A DNA stretch of 63,706 bases, counting the filler, from Hausera hauseri (lineage: Eukaryota), in the NCBI GenBank assembly GCA_046269625.1. It is 8 parts of 8 records of this genome, joined end to end, with 100 filler letters (N's around TTAATTAATTAA, not from the genome) between each part and the next. Parts side by side here need not be neighbours in the genome. Positions count along the whole stretch, not along the records: positions 47,992 to 54,947 come from JBJURY010048774.1; positions 55,048 to 59,005 come from JBJURY010858189.1; positions 59,106 to 63,706 come from JBJURY010510239.1; 5 more parts are not named here. One strand, 5' to 3'. Positions 51,701 to 63,706 of this stretch are shown here, piece after piece (position 1 is the first letter of the stretch; every line of letters starts with the position of its first letter). The position numbers and the translations under genes are program-made. The notes beneath the pieces were generated by a model that did no database searches, was not told the DNA's origin, and saw only the letters and a program-made list of their open reading frames with translations.

Positions 51701-54069
51701 ATATCATCGATATAGGGATAAGCAAAGTCTAAACCTGAGAGAACTGTATCAATATGTCTTGGGAAGGTCTGGGAAGTGCTACGGAGTCAAAAAGGCATGA
51801 AAAGGTATTCGAAAAAGCCGAAAGGTGTAATGATAGCCGTTTCCGGAATGTGTGCTGGGGCCACCCGAATTTGGTGGTATGCTTTGTGCAAATCAATGCA
51901 GGAAAAAATGGTCAAACCATGGAGCCTGTGAAGGATATCGTTGATTAATGGTAGAGTAGGCATCCATTGTTGTTATGATGTTGAGTTGGCGGTAATTACC
52001 GCATGGGCGAAAGGTACCATCTTTTCTTGGAACTGCATGAAGTGGTGAAGACCAAGGAGATTTTGATCTTCTGATAATTCCTGATTTTTCCAGTTCGAGA
52101 AACTCAGCCTCCACTGTCTGTATGCGACGAGGCGATAGCGGGTGGACCTTTTGACGGACTGGTCTTTGATGTGCTGTTACTATGTGATGGAAGGTGGACT
52201 GAGGTGGTACGAATGATTTGTCCTTTTGCAACAGACGTGTTCAGAAAGACGAAGTATATTGCTGTATATCAGAGGGCAAAAATGAAAAGTTTTTAGATGG
52301 TGTCGATGCATCGTGACTGGATGCAGTTGAGGTATGAGTTGTAGACGAGGTGTTGTGACAAGGCTGTATCAGGTGCAGGATGTTCGTGTTGAAGATAGTG
52401 TTGGCAGATGTACTATCAGTAATAGGTGCCATGCAGTTGGCAATATCGTATTTGTTTCCGTAATAAAAATTTCTATATAATGAATGATTATAAAAATAAT
52501 TCAAATCGGAGGTCGTTTTCTTTAGTATTGACTTGCTGGACGCGATCGCCCGGGTGGTCACCGAAATGCTGCTAATTTGATTAAAATTATTTCCGCTCTT
52601 TAAGGAACATCGTTTGCAGTCTACAAGTAAATTGTAGTGGGATAGAAAGTATGAACACAATATAAATGTGCGTACATTGACTACTGTAAATTTCCAAGTG
52701 AATGTGTTTGGGAAATTTGAAAGGATAAAAGGTAATTTAGTAACACCAAAAGTTTGTAAAAGTTCACCGGACGCAGTGAACAGTTGCTTTTTTAAAGTAA
52801 AATTGTTTTGGATGTGCTGTGTTGGTGGTAGTAAAGAGATTGCTGCGCCGATGTCTATGAGAAAATTAATGATTTGCTTTGTTGGAGTGACGACTGCTGC
52901 TTCCAACGTGAATACAGCAAAAGAAATGTGTCGGCTATTTTTTTGTACGTTGTTTCCTTTGCTAGAACTTGCCTTGTGTCCTAGAGGAGACATCTGTTTT
53001 TGTGGCTGTTAAGTTTGGCCTATTATTTTGTGTGAGTTTAATAGTGTTGATTTTATTCTGCTTGTTGTAGTTACGGTCAGGTAGGCATTTATGTGCTTTT
53101 TTCCCAATTTTTCGTGATAGATGCAAACGATGTTGCTTGTATTAAAATCGGGGGAGTAAAATTTACAACCGATGCAGCCTTTCTTAGCATTGTTACCAAA
53201 TTTGTTGTGATAGTAGCAAATAGACGACCGCTCGGGCGAAGGCGACCGTCTTTGTCGTTGATGAAATACATTAGGGAAAGCAGCCCTAGAAAAACCTCGT
53301 CGAGGCAGCGTTAACTCATTTAATTTCTCGTTTATGTTATTAATTGTTTTTTGAAAATTTTCGTTGTCTGCGCGTAATTGCGCAATTTGTTGCTGCAGAA
53401 TTGTATTTTGTTGTTGGTGGTTTGCTGTTAATGCCGCAGGGACAGTTGGTACTGTCTGTGAGTGCAGCACTTTATAGGCTTTTTCTGCCAGTTCGGCTAA
53501 CTTTTCCAGTGCCGTGGAGTCTTCGACCACAGTGAGCAAAGCTCTTATTTGAAGGAGCAATGCGTTTAAAAAGTAACGACGAAGAAGTTCTGGACTATGC
53601 TCAGATGTTACGCCATGGGTATTGAAGTGAAACAAAGATGTGCGCAAGAATTCAAAAGGCTTCTGAAGGCCCATGGCGTTGTCATTGAAAAACCTTTGAA
53701 TGGTAGAGTCGATTGATGGCTCATTGAGCATAAGAACGGCATTATAAAGTTGAGCATATGGATCGGTGTGGTGAAGGATGTCGATGATGTTTGTAATTTT
53801 GGTTTTGATAGAAGCAGTTAATGAAAAAACAGGCTGTTGGCTTTGGATAAGGGGTCGACGACGTTTTGTGATTGGAGCCAGAATTGATGCAGTTTTAGCC
53901 AAGTTTGGGTAGAATTTTGGCTGTCGAGGAAGTATTCTGTGCAGGGTGAATGAGTGGGGAATGTGTTCTGTGTCGAAGTGTTTCAAGCACTTTGTTTGGG
54001 TAGGTAAGTGATGGAGATCGGTGGTTTGGTGGGTTTGTCCGTGGTATCAATAGTGGGTGATGAATTCAT

Positions 54070-54306
54070 GCCACCACGGATGCGGAAGTGTATGTGAAGG
54101 TAGATATAGGATGAATAAAATTGTAGGGTTCCAGCGATGGGTTTTGTAGAGCCATTTTGTGTGGTATAAAAGGTAGATGAGTGACGAAGAGTGGACATGA
54201 TGTTGTAGATGGTTACAGTGTTTAAGTGTGTTAATGCGGTTGTATGAATATGTTTATTAATTAAAAAAGAAGAGGGAATAAGGAGGGGTCGTGTAGCCAG
54301 GGGCAT
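54070..54306 (-). pseudogene. Ubiquitin-like domain (79 codons, ATG to GG) in frame with the Gag N-terminus (copy C)
   Basis: MPLATRPLLIPSSFLINKHIHTTALTHLNTVTIYNIMSTLRHSSTFYTTQNGSTKPIAGTLQFYSSYIYLHIHFRIRGG|MNSSPTIDTTD. Confidence 0.7.
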
Positions 54307-54390
54307 GTCATGGGGCGGCAGCAAACGGTGCCATCTGATCCAATGGTATAGGATGGGAGGCCGGGACAGCCTCGCCGAGGCAGATCGCAA

Positions 54391-54405
54391 ACTTCGGGGT
54401 AGCCA
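54391..54405 (-). promoter_or_regulatory. Primer-binding site, tRNA-Trp-like (copy C)
   Basis: TGGCTACCCCGAAGT matches TGGTGACCCCGACGT (complement of the eukaryotic tRNA-Trp 3' end) at 12 of 15 positions. Confidence 0.6.
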
Positions 54406-55047
54406 AGTTCCCTGTATGTAATGTTTTTCCATCGGTCACTTTCGGATCTGATAGAACGAGGTTTGATCTTTTAATTTGTGCAGAATTTGTAGTTAAATTT
54501 TTTCGTATTTCTGGAAAATTCTCTTCTTCTCGTTTGTGTTTCATTTGTACGTCTTTCACACGTTCGCACTCTTCGCGTTGTTTTTGAGTTTCAAACTCTA
54601 ATTTGCTCACTGTTTTACCAATAGCCGGTCCAATTGGCTGACAAACTTAGTTGGATGTGTCGTGTAATCCTCGTGGAATTGCCTGGTAAAATGGAGTTTC
54701 ATCGTTATAGTTTATACCAGGTTTCTCCTTGTTGTTTATCGGTTTTCCGATTATTCTCACTTCTTAAAATTCATGTTTTTCCTGTATAGCCGCCAATCTC
54801 TTTGCTATTATCAGCTGCCTTTCTTGTCCTTTATGTTTGCCTTGGTTTCTTGTGTATTTATTAGCCTAGCACGTGACTCATTCAACATATTCTTCCCAAG
54901 TCAGTTTACGATGGTGTTAGGTCAAATAGGCATTTGTTGCTTGTGCCNNNNNNNNNNNNNNNNNNNNNNNNNNNNNNNNNNNNNNNNNNNNTTAATTAAT
55001 TAANNNNNNNNNNNNNNNNNNNNNNNNNNNNNNNNNNNNNNNNNNNN

Positions 55048-55420
55048 GTGAGGTTGGAGCTGTTACATAGATCTTCAATTGCCTGGCCCGAAGTGTTGGT
55101 ATCTTGATACCCCCAGAGTGGGGACTGAGCATTTATCTCCTGCTATCATAGTTTTTCTGAAGCTAGTTTCGTTGAAGGAGATGTCATATGTTTCTCTGGG
55201 CGGTCTATAGACATTGAAGATTTGGAGTGCGCTGTCATTTACCCAAGCCTTCACTCGCTGAATGTCGGTTTCATCATTGATATGAATGCTTTCAACCTCT
55301 GATTGGAAATCATTCCTTACCAGAGTCATGATCCCACGACAACTGGTTTGACAGCGACATTTGTACATCGTGTAGCCTGGTATAGTGACAACTTTGTCCT
55401 TAGGAACAGTTACAAGGTCA
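55048..55420 (-). mobile_element. Non-LTR retrotransposon APE-type endonuclease fragment, frameshifted
   Basis: IPGYTMY...RGIMTLVR...IFNVYRPP...MIAGD/NA.S..G. Confidence 0.8.
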
Positions 55421-55569
55421 TTAAAGAAATGCTGAAACATTTCTCTGCAGGGTTTGTGCTTCTTATCGCCATATATTGCTTGTTGATTTCTCACCTCTTC
55501 TGCGTTTTCTGTCATTATCTATTCCTGGATATTATCTTCAAGCGCAGTGTGAATTTACCTCTTTCTCTC

Positions 55570-56100
55570 CTGAAAAAAGTGAGGATGGAGAAGATGAGAA
55601 AACTATGATAATATGACAAAGGCTTGATAAGGCGAAGACGAGAAAAAGCAAACAAAAATAAAATAACATGAAATTAAGACATAAGAAATCAATTCTTTCT
55701 CATTTCTTTTTATAATTGTATATTTTCTTTTCTTTCTCACTCTTTTCATATTATGACTTTATAACTTTTGGCTAGAAGAGAGGAAAGAAATGATAGAATA
55801 AATAAAGGTGTAATACGAAGTAGAAAGAAGGAAAGAAACGATACTATTACATAACAGAGAAGGAAGAAGAAGAAGAGGAGGAGGAGGAGGAGGAGGAGAT
55901 TGCAAGAATAAGGACAGAAGAGAAGAGAAACAGGAGATCTGAAGACATGAATAATGAGACGAAGAAGAAACAATGAATTTGAGCAAGGGAAGAAACATAA
56001 CAAAGATATGAGAAGGAAAAGTAGACAACAAAACGAAGAAAAGAATGACAAGAGAAGATGTTTTACAAGGAAGAAGCTAAGAAGACCAATAATAACAATA
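55570..56100. repeat. GA-rich low-complexity and microsatellite tract ((GAA)n(GAG)n core at ~55860-55900)
   Basis: Directly visible purine-rich repeats. Confidence 0.85.
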
Positions 56101-59100
56101 AAGACGTTGATAGGCGTGTGTTCAACTCGTGAAGCAAGTTAAATTTTATTAAGATTAGCGAAAGTAATCACTTCCTGCCATAATTCTGCTACATGTTTCA
56201 AAGAACACCGCGCCTGTTTCTTAAATCTCGAAATCGTACAATACTAACATTTGTTTGGTAACGGTTTGGCTTATCAAATCAGATATCCGGGTTTGTATCA
56301 TCGGTTACTGAGGAATGTTACAAGACCCTAAGATTTTTGTTACGTGGCAGACAATCTGCTGACGGGGACTTTTTAAAAGTCTTTACATTATACCGCGAAA
56401 TGCGCTAATTTAAAGGGGTATGCTAAACAAGGTTTATTCGCGTAGGTTCCTTGACGCGGTTCTTTCTTAGGAACAGATACGGCTCTGCCGGCTCCTTTTG
56501 GTCTTGAATTTGGGAATTAATAAATGAGTGAGTTTTGAACTGATAACCACCTCTCTCGAATATGGGATAGTCTCAATTCATTGTAATTTTTACGATATCA
56601 GGTATAAGGACACTTTCAGTGGAATGACTGTTCCGGTTTATTTTTCATTGATAAAACAGATAGGCGTTCACATTCAAATAAGTGAGTATTATTTTCCCTC
56701 CAAACACTTTTTATTGTGTTTCTGTTCATTAATTTATTAAACAAATTCAGCATGTGTCTTCGTAAGACACGCTGTTGGCCAACGTTTTATATAATGAGCA
56801 AATTGTTCAGGGGATGAACAGAACTGGTCCTTTATTGCAAATAGTTATGATGCAGCCAGGTAATTAAACCACCCACCGCCCGCCACTGCAAGATTCACAT
56901 CACAGGTGTGTCCATATTTATAATGTGTAGTTTTACCACAGATGTTGTATGATTGCGCAGTTTTTATTAAATTTTATAAAGGCAGTGATGCCCTCACACA
57001 AGTGGCAGTTCATCGTGGACTCCTTAAATAAAAGAGGGTTTACGTGGACGCTCCTTCTCCATTAAAAGAGGTAAGATAAGATAAGATCGTTACTTAACCA
57101 AGGTTGAGAAATAGGCAGTATTGCCTATTTACATTTCTGTCCTGGGGGTAGATTTTTCCTAGAATTTTGCCCGGACAGTGGCCGTTAGACCTACTCTTTT
57201 TCGATTTTCAACTGTCAAGGAATTTTTAAAGTGCACGACAATGTACACGGACATCTGATCTCACTTCCCTCAGATAGGGAGATGTGAAGGGACATGATCG
57301 CCAAAGTAGTTATGCAAACTATCTGGTGATGATGTGAAAGTTTCTCACTTTGCTCTTGGCAATTGCAAATGGAAAACGCAAAAGTTGAAAGGTTGCAACA
57401 CGTATATAATTTATTCATGTAATAAAATTTACATACCTCAGTATCTCTGCCATGAAAAATGATAACAGACATACTCAGACTACGACAATCAAGGTTTGAC
57501 AATTAACACTGATGCACTAAAGGGTGGCGCAAAGTATATACCTGACATAGCTACCAGATTTGGGACGCTTCGCGATATTGTCATGGCCAGGAACACAACA
57601 GCCAAGAAATCTGAACACTTACCCACAGTGCATCCCTCAAATAGAAGAAATTCTGGCCAACGTTGGGAGAATCGACATGGTCTCCAGTTGAGAGGTGGAT
57701 CTCTTCTAGGAGGCCAAGCATTGCACTAAAGCCTGGAGGACCTCGGTTCACCCTCCTAGACACAACTGGGACAGTAGAAATGCTCAACGCAACTATTCCA
57801 GAGTCCTTCTTAGGACTACAGCCCTTATCAGGGCTCATCCAGAAGAGCTGATGCTCGGTGATGAGGAGATCAAACAACTGTAATGATAAAATAGATAATA
57901 ATTTCCCAAGTCATGAAGTTTTACAGCAAAAACAGACATAGTTATTTGGATCATTTAATGTTTATTTGGATGTAACAATGATTTTTTCCTCTTTGTTAAA
58001 TCACATACCAATTGTCGTTTCCCTCCAGAATTTTACAGCGCCGAGTTTTGACGACAGAATTCTAGAAGTGGTGGCAGTGTTTGGTGGCATGCAGATGGCC
58101 ATGTCCAGGGTTATAGACCTGCAGCATCATCGCATCGCTCAGGTTTGTTTGTATGAGAGATGTGTGCATCTTTTCTTCAATGTTAGTTCTATTCTCCTAT
58201 GATTATTATCACCAGTACACCTCTGTGGCAACATGATATTTTCTTGATTTTACTACTATGAATGGTGGAGGTTGATATCATTGTACTGTATGCTGTAAGC
58301 TCTTGGCATCTAAAGCCCTGGTGAAGAACTGTCAATTCTGTTGCAGTTTTTAAGTTGTAGTGTACAAACATTTATCAGTTGTTGGATACTTTGGAAGGAA
58401 TCTGTCTCTTAGTTTTGGACGCATCGAAAGAAAATGATGAAATGATCCTTCTGCAAGACTGCAGCATCAGCAGTTTTTGGTGATTCTCTATGTTTATTTA
58501 AGAAATTCTGTTTACCAACCTGAATATAATGCTTCATTCCTGCCTTTTCAAATTGTATGGGTTAAAGTACATGCTCATTGTTCCCTCATATCTATTTCTT
58601 TAGAAATGCCCCGTAACAGTTGCCATTTCATTGGATACCTGTGTGTTTGGCTGTGGACACTGTGCTCCTCATTTGGATAGACTATCAGCTTTTTCATTAT
58701 CTGATTCCACAGTAACAATTTTCAAGACAATAAACTGCAGCAATTAAAAATTTTTCAGTGTTAGTAACACCAAATGGCAACACAAAAGGAAATACCTGCT
58801 GGTTACAAATCAAGAAAATAATATACAAATATAATTTCTGCACGCATGTAAAAAATGTGTTTGTTTTCCCCCCGATGAACCAGTCACTCGAGGTGAAGTA
58901 GATCGGATCGAAGTTACTTTACTCATTGTAGCTGATTTCGTTTTTAATGTTGTATGATCGTCTGTTTTTGACATCCTAGTTAGAACTGTTACGGATGAGG
59001 AGTTTNNNNNNNNNNNNNNNNNNNNNNNNNNNNNNNNNNNNNNNNNNNNTTAATTAATTAANNNNNNNNNNNNNNNNNNNNNNNNNNNNNNNNNNNNNNN

Positions 59101-59105
59101 NNNNN

Positions 59106-61410
59106 TCGTGAAATTTGAAAGCGTGAACAACATCTCCATCAACATCTTCGGATTGGAGGAGGACAAATTTTATCCCTTACATATGTGCAAGGAGGAATTG
59201 GAGGATCATAGGGATCTGCTCCTACTAGATTATGGAAAAACGAGGCATTTCATCTGGATCAAGAATTTTGAGCGCCTTGTAGGATGCAAAATATCGAAGC
59301 ATAAATCAAGGCTGGAAATACGCAAAAGATGCTTTACTCATTTTAATGGAGACACAGCCGCAGAAAAGCTGGAGCAGCACAAGACTTACTGCAATACAAA
59401 CTATTGCATCCGAGCAGAATTCCTCAAGGAGGATTACGTGGAATTCAAGAAGTTCGAGAAGCTGCAGAAGGTGCCGATTGTCATATATTGTGACTTTGAG
59501 GCCATCCTCAGTCCAGTTCACAGCTTCAGCCCCAATCCACTACAGCATGCCAGTACCATGAGTTATCATCATACTGCACGTATGCCAAAGGACTGGACAA
59601 AGAATTCTACCTATACAAGGGTCTAAATGCAGCAGCACATTTTACGCAGCGTCGGGAACAATATGTCCACAAACTTGAAGATTGATGTGATTCCAAATAG
59701 TGAGGAGAAGTACATAACCTTTACGAAGCATGTGGGCCGCATCAGACTTCGCTTCATTGATAACTTCCGCTTCATGAGCTCGTCACTGGACAGCCTCGTA
59801 AAGAATCTTCCAGCTGATGAGCTCAAGGAGACGAAGAGATTCTTCCCAAATACATTTGACCTGGTGACGTGGAAAGGAGTGTTCCCCTATGACTATATAA
59901 CGTCATGGAAAGCACGGGATGAAAATGCATTACCGGCCAAGGAGGACTTCTATAGTCAGTTGTCATACAGTCATATTAGTGATGCCGGCTATGGGCACGC
60001 CCAAAGAGTATGGCAGACCTTCCAGTGCAAGACAATCGGGGTATACAGTGATATCTATCTTCTCACAGATGTGCTGTTGCTTACTGATGTCTTCGAAAGC
60101 TTCCGAGATGTGACCCTTAAGAGCCATAATTTAGATCCAGCCCATTTCTTTACAGCTCCAGAAATGAGTTGGGCAGCTATGCTGCGCTGTACCGGCATAA
60201 GGCTGCAGATATTGAAGGATTACAATATGGTCCTCATGGTTGAAAGAGGCATCAGAGGCGGAATCTGCCAGGCCATTCACAGGTTCAATGAGCCAACAAC
60301 AAATATATGGCAGATTATGATCCATCAAAGGAACCCTCATATATATCATACCTGGATGCCGACAACATGCATGGATGGGCAATTAGCGTCCCATTGCCAT
60401 ATGATAGATTCAAATGGGTCAATAATCATGAAAACATTCCTATATTGAAGCTGGATCCCACTGCAGAAACGGGATACATACTGGAGGTAAATATGGAATA
60501 TCCGGCTGCCATCCACATAAGGCATCAACAGCGGCCCTTCCTTCCTGAGAGCAGTCCTCCGCCCCATGGAAAGTATAGAAAGCTGCTCTGTCATCTGGGT
60601 AATAGGGAGAAGTATGTAGTCCACTATATCAATCTCCAGCAGGCAGTTAGACATGGACTTTGTATTACTAAGATCCATAGAGCCCTTCAGTTCAGCCAGT
60701 CCATGTGACTGCAGCCTTACATAGACCTCAATACCAGGCTGCGGAAAAATACCAAGAACGGCTTTCAGAAGGACCAGTTCAAGCTTTACAACAACTAGGT
60801 CTTTGGCAAGACGATGAACATATTCGCAACAGGATCAACATCGAGCTGGTCTCTGAGTGGAAGCTTGCAAAAAAGCTTATTGCCAAGCCTAATTTTCACA
60901 GCAGCACCATATATACTGAGAACTTGGTCAGCATCAATATGCTGAAAACAGCATTGGTATTCAACAAGCCAATATATGTGGGTATGGCAATATTGGATCT
61001 ATCAAAGACCCTGATGTATAATTTCCACTACGACATCATAATCCCCACATTCAAGTCCATGCAGCTAATGTATATTGATATTGAGAGTTTCTTTTCTCAG
61101 ATCCATACAGATAATATTTATCAGGACTTTGCCCAATTGACTCAACACATGGATACCTCGGATTATTGAGAAGGAACATCTCATCTATTCAGTTGTCAAC
61201 AAAAATATCCTAGGAAAATTCAAAGACGAAGTGAATGGAGCAATCATCTCGCGATTTGTGTCTCTCAGATCTAAAATGTATGCCCTAGACGTATGTGGTG
61301 AGATCAAAAAGAGAGCCAAGGACGTTGAAAGAGCTACATTGACCAAGAAGATCAGTTTTGAAGACTATGTGAGAGTTCTGCAGGAGCAGACTCACATTAG
61401 ATCGGAAATG
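59106..61410 (+). mobile_element. Decayed protein-primed family B DNA polymerase of Polinton/Maverick (adintovirus) type, with an internal deletion
   Basis: IYCDFEA, LRFIDNFRFMSSSLDSLV, KGVFPYDY, YLLTDVLLLTDVFE, GIRGG, YLDADNMHGWA, KL.NN..FGK, KPIYVG.AILDLSK, FKDE, LRSKMYA. Frameshifts and stops are present. Confidence 0.92.
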
Positions 61411-61419
61411 ACTAGTGAA

Positions 61420-61625
61420 GTAATATATCAGGATTATAGGGAATATATCAAGATAAATAGAACTAGTTAGGGAATATACCAAGATAATAGGGACTTTCTG
61501 GGGAATATGTCAGTAATATAGGGAATATAGAGAAGGAATATAGCAGGATTGTATGGAATAGAAAGGGAATATGCCAAGATAATAAAGAATCATGAGGGAA
61601 TATATAAGGAATATAGGGAAGCTAA
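61420..61625. repeat. Degenerate GGGAATATA-type short repeats
   Basis: About 8 imperfect copies of (G)GGAATATA. Confidence 0.7.
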
Positions 61626-62335
61626 ATGTATAACTCAGATATATGTTGTGTGTGCTCGTGTGTTTCTATATCTGTGCATGTAAGCAATCTAGGAAACGAA
61701 TGGCTAAAATATATGTCTTATGAGTGTGTACATGTGTGTGTATGAGTAAAAATGTAAGTAACTTGATAAATGAATGATTAAGATATATGGTGTGCATGTT
61801 CATGTCTGTGTTTCTAAAATCTAAGTGAACTGAGGAAAAGTATATCTCAGGTATATGTCTGTATGCTTCTCTCTGCATGTAAAGTGCAACTAACCTAGGA
61901 AAAGGTATATCTAAGGTATATGTCTGTATGCTTGTGCTTGTACTTCTCTGTGCATGTAAAATGTAAGTAACTTGAGAAATGAATGATTAAGATATATTGT
62001 GTGTGCTTGTGTGCATGTCTGTGCATGTAAAGTGCGACTAACCTGAAAAAAAGTATATTTCAGGTATATGTCAGTGTGTATGCTTGTGTGCATGTGAATG
62101 GCTGTGCGTGTAAAGTGCAACTAACATGAGAAAAGGAATATCTCAGGTGTATGTCAGTGTGTTTGCCTGTGCGAGTGTTTCTCTGTGCTTGTAAAATGTA
62201 AGTGACCTGAGAAAATATATAGCTCAGATATATGTATGTGCATGTATGTAAAATGCAACTAACTTGTGAAAATGTATAGCTCAGATACATGTCTGTATTC
62301 TTGTGCATGTGTGTAAAATACAAGTAATATTTAGC
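61626..62335. repeat. Degenerate satellite/minisatellite with ~60-80-nt units
   Basis: Recurrent GTATATCTCAGGTATATGTCTGT...GTGCATGTAAAGTGCAACTAACC. Confidence 0.8.
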
Positions 62336-62509
62336 TAATATGTGTACTACGTTGGTAATATAGATTGGGTAATATATGAACAATTTAGGTAAAATACAAG
62401 ATAGATCATTTATACAAGATATAGCGGTAATTATTTAATAAATCAATATAATGCGCAAATACACTTATAAAGAAAACCAAAACTTGTATTACTCTATCAT
62501 TATTTCAAA

Positions 62510-62790
62510 GGTGAGCAGTACATGCGCAATTAGTTTCGAGGATAGGAACCACTTGAATGCATGAATGCTAACATGTAAAGATCATATATTCTGCATTGAT
62601 TGTCTCAAAACTGGGATGCGATACAACAGTACTTGTCCAATTTGTAGGTCAGAATGTTATTATGTCGTTGTTCAAGATGACTATGAGCAGATGATATCAT
62701 CGTCTTCGTGCTGCCAGCGATAATTCATTTGGACGATGATGAAGACAGTGATGATACTGCCATTGAAGATGTTATACAAGTGTTGTGATT
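62510..62790 (+). pseudogene. RING-finger remnant with acidic tail
   Basis: STCAISFED...*MLTCKDHIFCIDCLK...STCPICRS, followed by DDDEDSDD. Confidence 0.7.
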
Positions 62791-62802
62791 GTTATATCTA
62801 TA

Positions 62803-63706
62803 CAGTTATTTCGAAAAATTATGTTATGTTCTAAGTAAGGGTTAATATTACCAATAAATAATAAACCAGTGCGTCAATAATAACATTTATTTCATAACAG
62901 CATAACAACGCTAAACACTTTCTTTAAGCACAAATTATGTCTTCGGTACCAACCTGCCACATTCATATGCACATCTTCATAATTCTGGTTCAAAGTTTCT
63001 GTAACCAAAGTACGATTAGTCTCAATGTTACCCATATAAATTTATTTCCATCGTATTAATTTGTACCATCAGTTCTTCCAGAAGTGGGAAAATGCTTGAG
63101 TAAAACATCTTTCTTCTTTTGTTTTCATTTGACATGTGCTATTTCAGTCAATACGTCATTGAACTTTTTGATTTTGTCGACATTGACACGTATATTACCA
63201 TTCATGATGTTATCCATAATTTTACGTTAATTGTCAATTACATGAAATGGCAGCATATGAATGAGTTTCCATCTTAGTCGTTTCGGTGCTTAGAGTATAG
63301 TTTTGAAATACTCAATATTCCTTATAAATTGTTCTTGCAGCATACGTTTAACTTGATTTTTCATATTTTAAACATGATGATTCAATGTTTTGCACTTTTG
63401 TTTATATATAACCCTTTCAAGTGATATACTCTGTGGTATATGTGTGGAAAGTCAAATAGAGTTAATTATGTTGGTTCATAGAGTGAACTAAATAAGTGTG
63501 TAGGATTAACTGTATTGGCATATAGACTTATCTAAATAGGTATATATGCTTAAATATATAGGTGCATATAGTTAATTAAATAGGGCCAAAGTATACATAA
63601 TGTATTGATGAGCGTATTGATTAGTGTATTGATTATCGGTAATATTAACCCTTACTTATTCCACATTATTTGAGGAAGAACACAACACGATTTTTTCAAA
63701 ATAACT
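62803..63706. mobile_element. TIR-bounded non-autonomous DNA element (Tc1/mariner-like terminus), right end cut by the window edge
   Basis: TA|CAGTTATTTCGAAAAATT...TAAGTAAGGGTTAATATTACC (62803-62852) is inverted at 63638-63706, with a perfect 21-bp core. Confidence 0.65.

Larger units (their letters stand above)
48555..54405 (-). mobile_element. Decayed Ty3/gypsy LTR retrotransposon, copy C (PBS to complete 3' LTR; no 5' LTR)
   Basis: PBS, Ubl-gag (54306-53009), PR (FLIDIGA), RT (SPWSSPLH, FRPCGNYRQLN), RNase H (DRELLA), IN (50068..50649), S/P/F-rich tail, PPT and LTR. Confidence 0.94.

Noticed and set aside
55746-56142. Hydrophobic or basic ORFs in the GA-rich tract
   Set aside because: They are translations of low-complexity microsatellite sequence.
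57680-57700. LQLRGG peptide in ORF 57496..57729 as another ubiquitin-like tail
   Set aside because: There is no upstream Ubl-like pattern or element context, so it is likely chance.
57620-58800. Possible minus-strand exons (GT donors near 57621, 58010, 58638)
   Set aside because: I could not assemble a stop-free spliced product or recognise any domain.
61666-62383. His/Thr/Tyr-rich ORFs
   Set aside because: They are translations of degenerate satellite DNA.

Overview
This window is not one locus. It is eight unrelated contigs joined by artificial 100-nt linkers (N-run + TTAATTAATTAA + N-run): 1-5438, 5539-9594, 9695-19835, 19936-24182, 24283-47891, 47992-54947, 55048-59005 and 59106-63706. 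Seven contigs are AT-rich animal-type DNA and one (24283-47891) is GC-richer proteobacterial DNA. Contigs 1, 3 and 6 each hold a decayed Ty3/gypsy LTR retrotransposon of one family. In all three, Gag is preceded by a ~79-aa ubiquitin-fold-like domain ending in R-x-x-G-G, which is the most striking signal in the window. These elements are flanked by co-oriented, intron-less patchworks of host gene fragments. Contig 2 is the same kind of patchwork, with CAMSAP, Cys-rich, PTPN23 and hexokinase pieces in one reading frame. Contig 4 is a 4170-bp unit whose ends overlap by 77 nt and whose 15 exons splice into an endless in-frame EGF/ephrin-receptor-like repeat. The bacterial contig carries tRNA-Leu(TAA), a BrnT/BrnA-type toxin-antitoxin pair and a 5'-truncated giant adhesin-like protein of >7497 aa with circularly permuted F5/8C/fucolectin-like domains and an FrpC-SPM-like module. 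Contig 7 has a non-LTR endonuclease remnant. Contig 8 has a decayed Polinton/Maverick-type polymerase, a RING remnant, satellite DNA and a TIR-bounded element. All family assignments were made by eye from motifs; no database searches were run.
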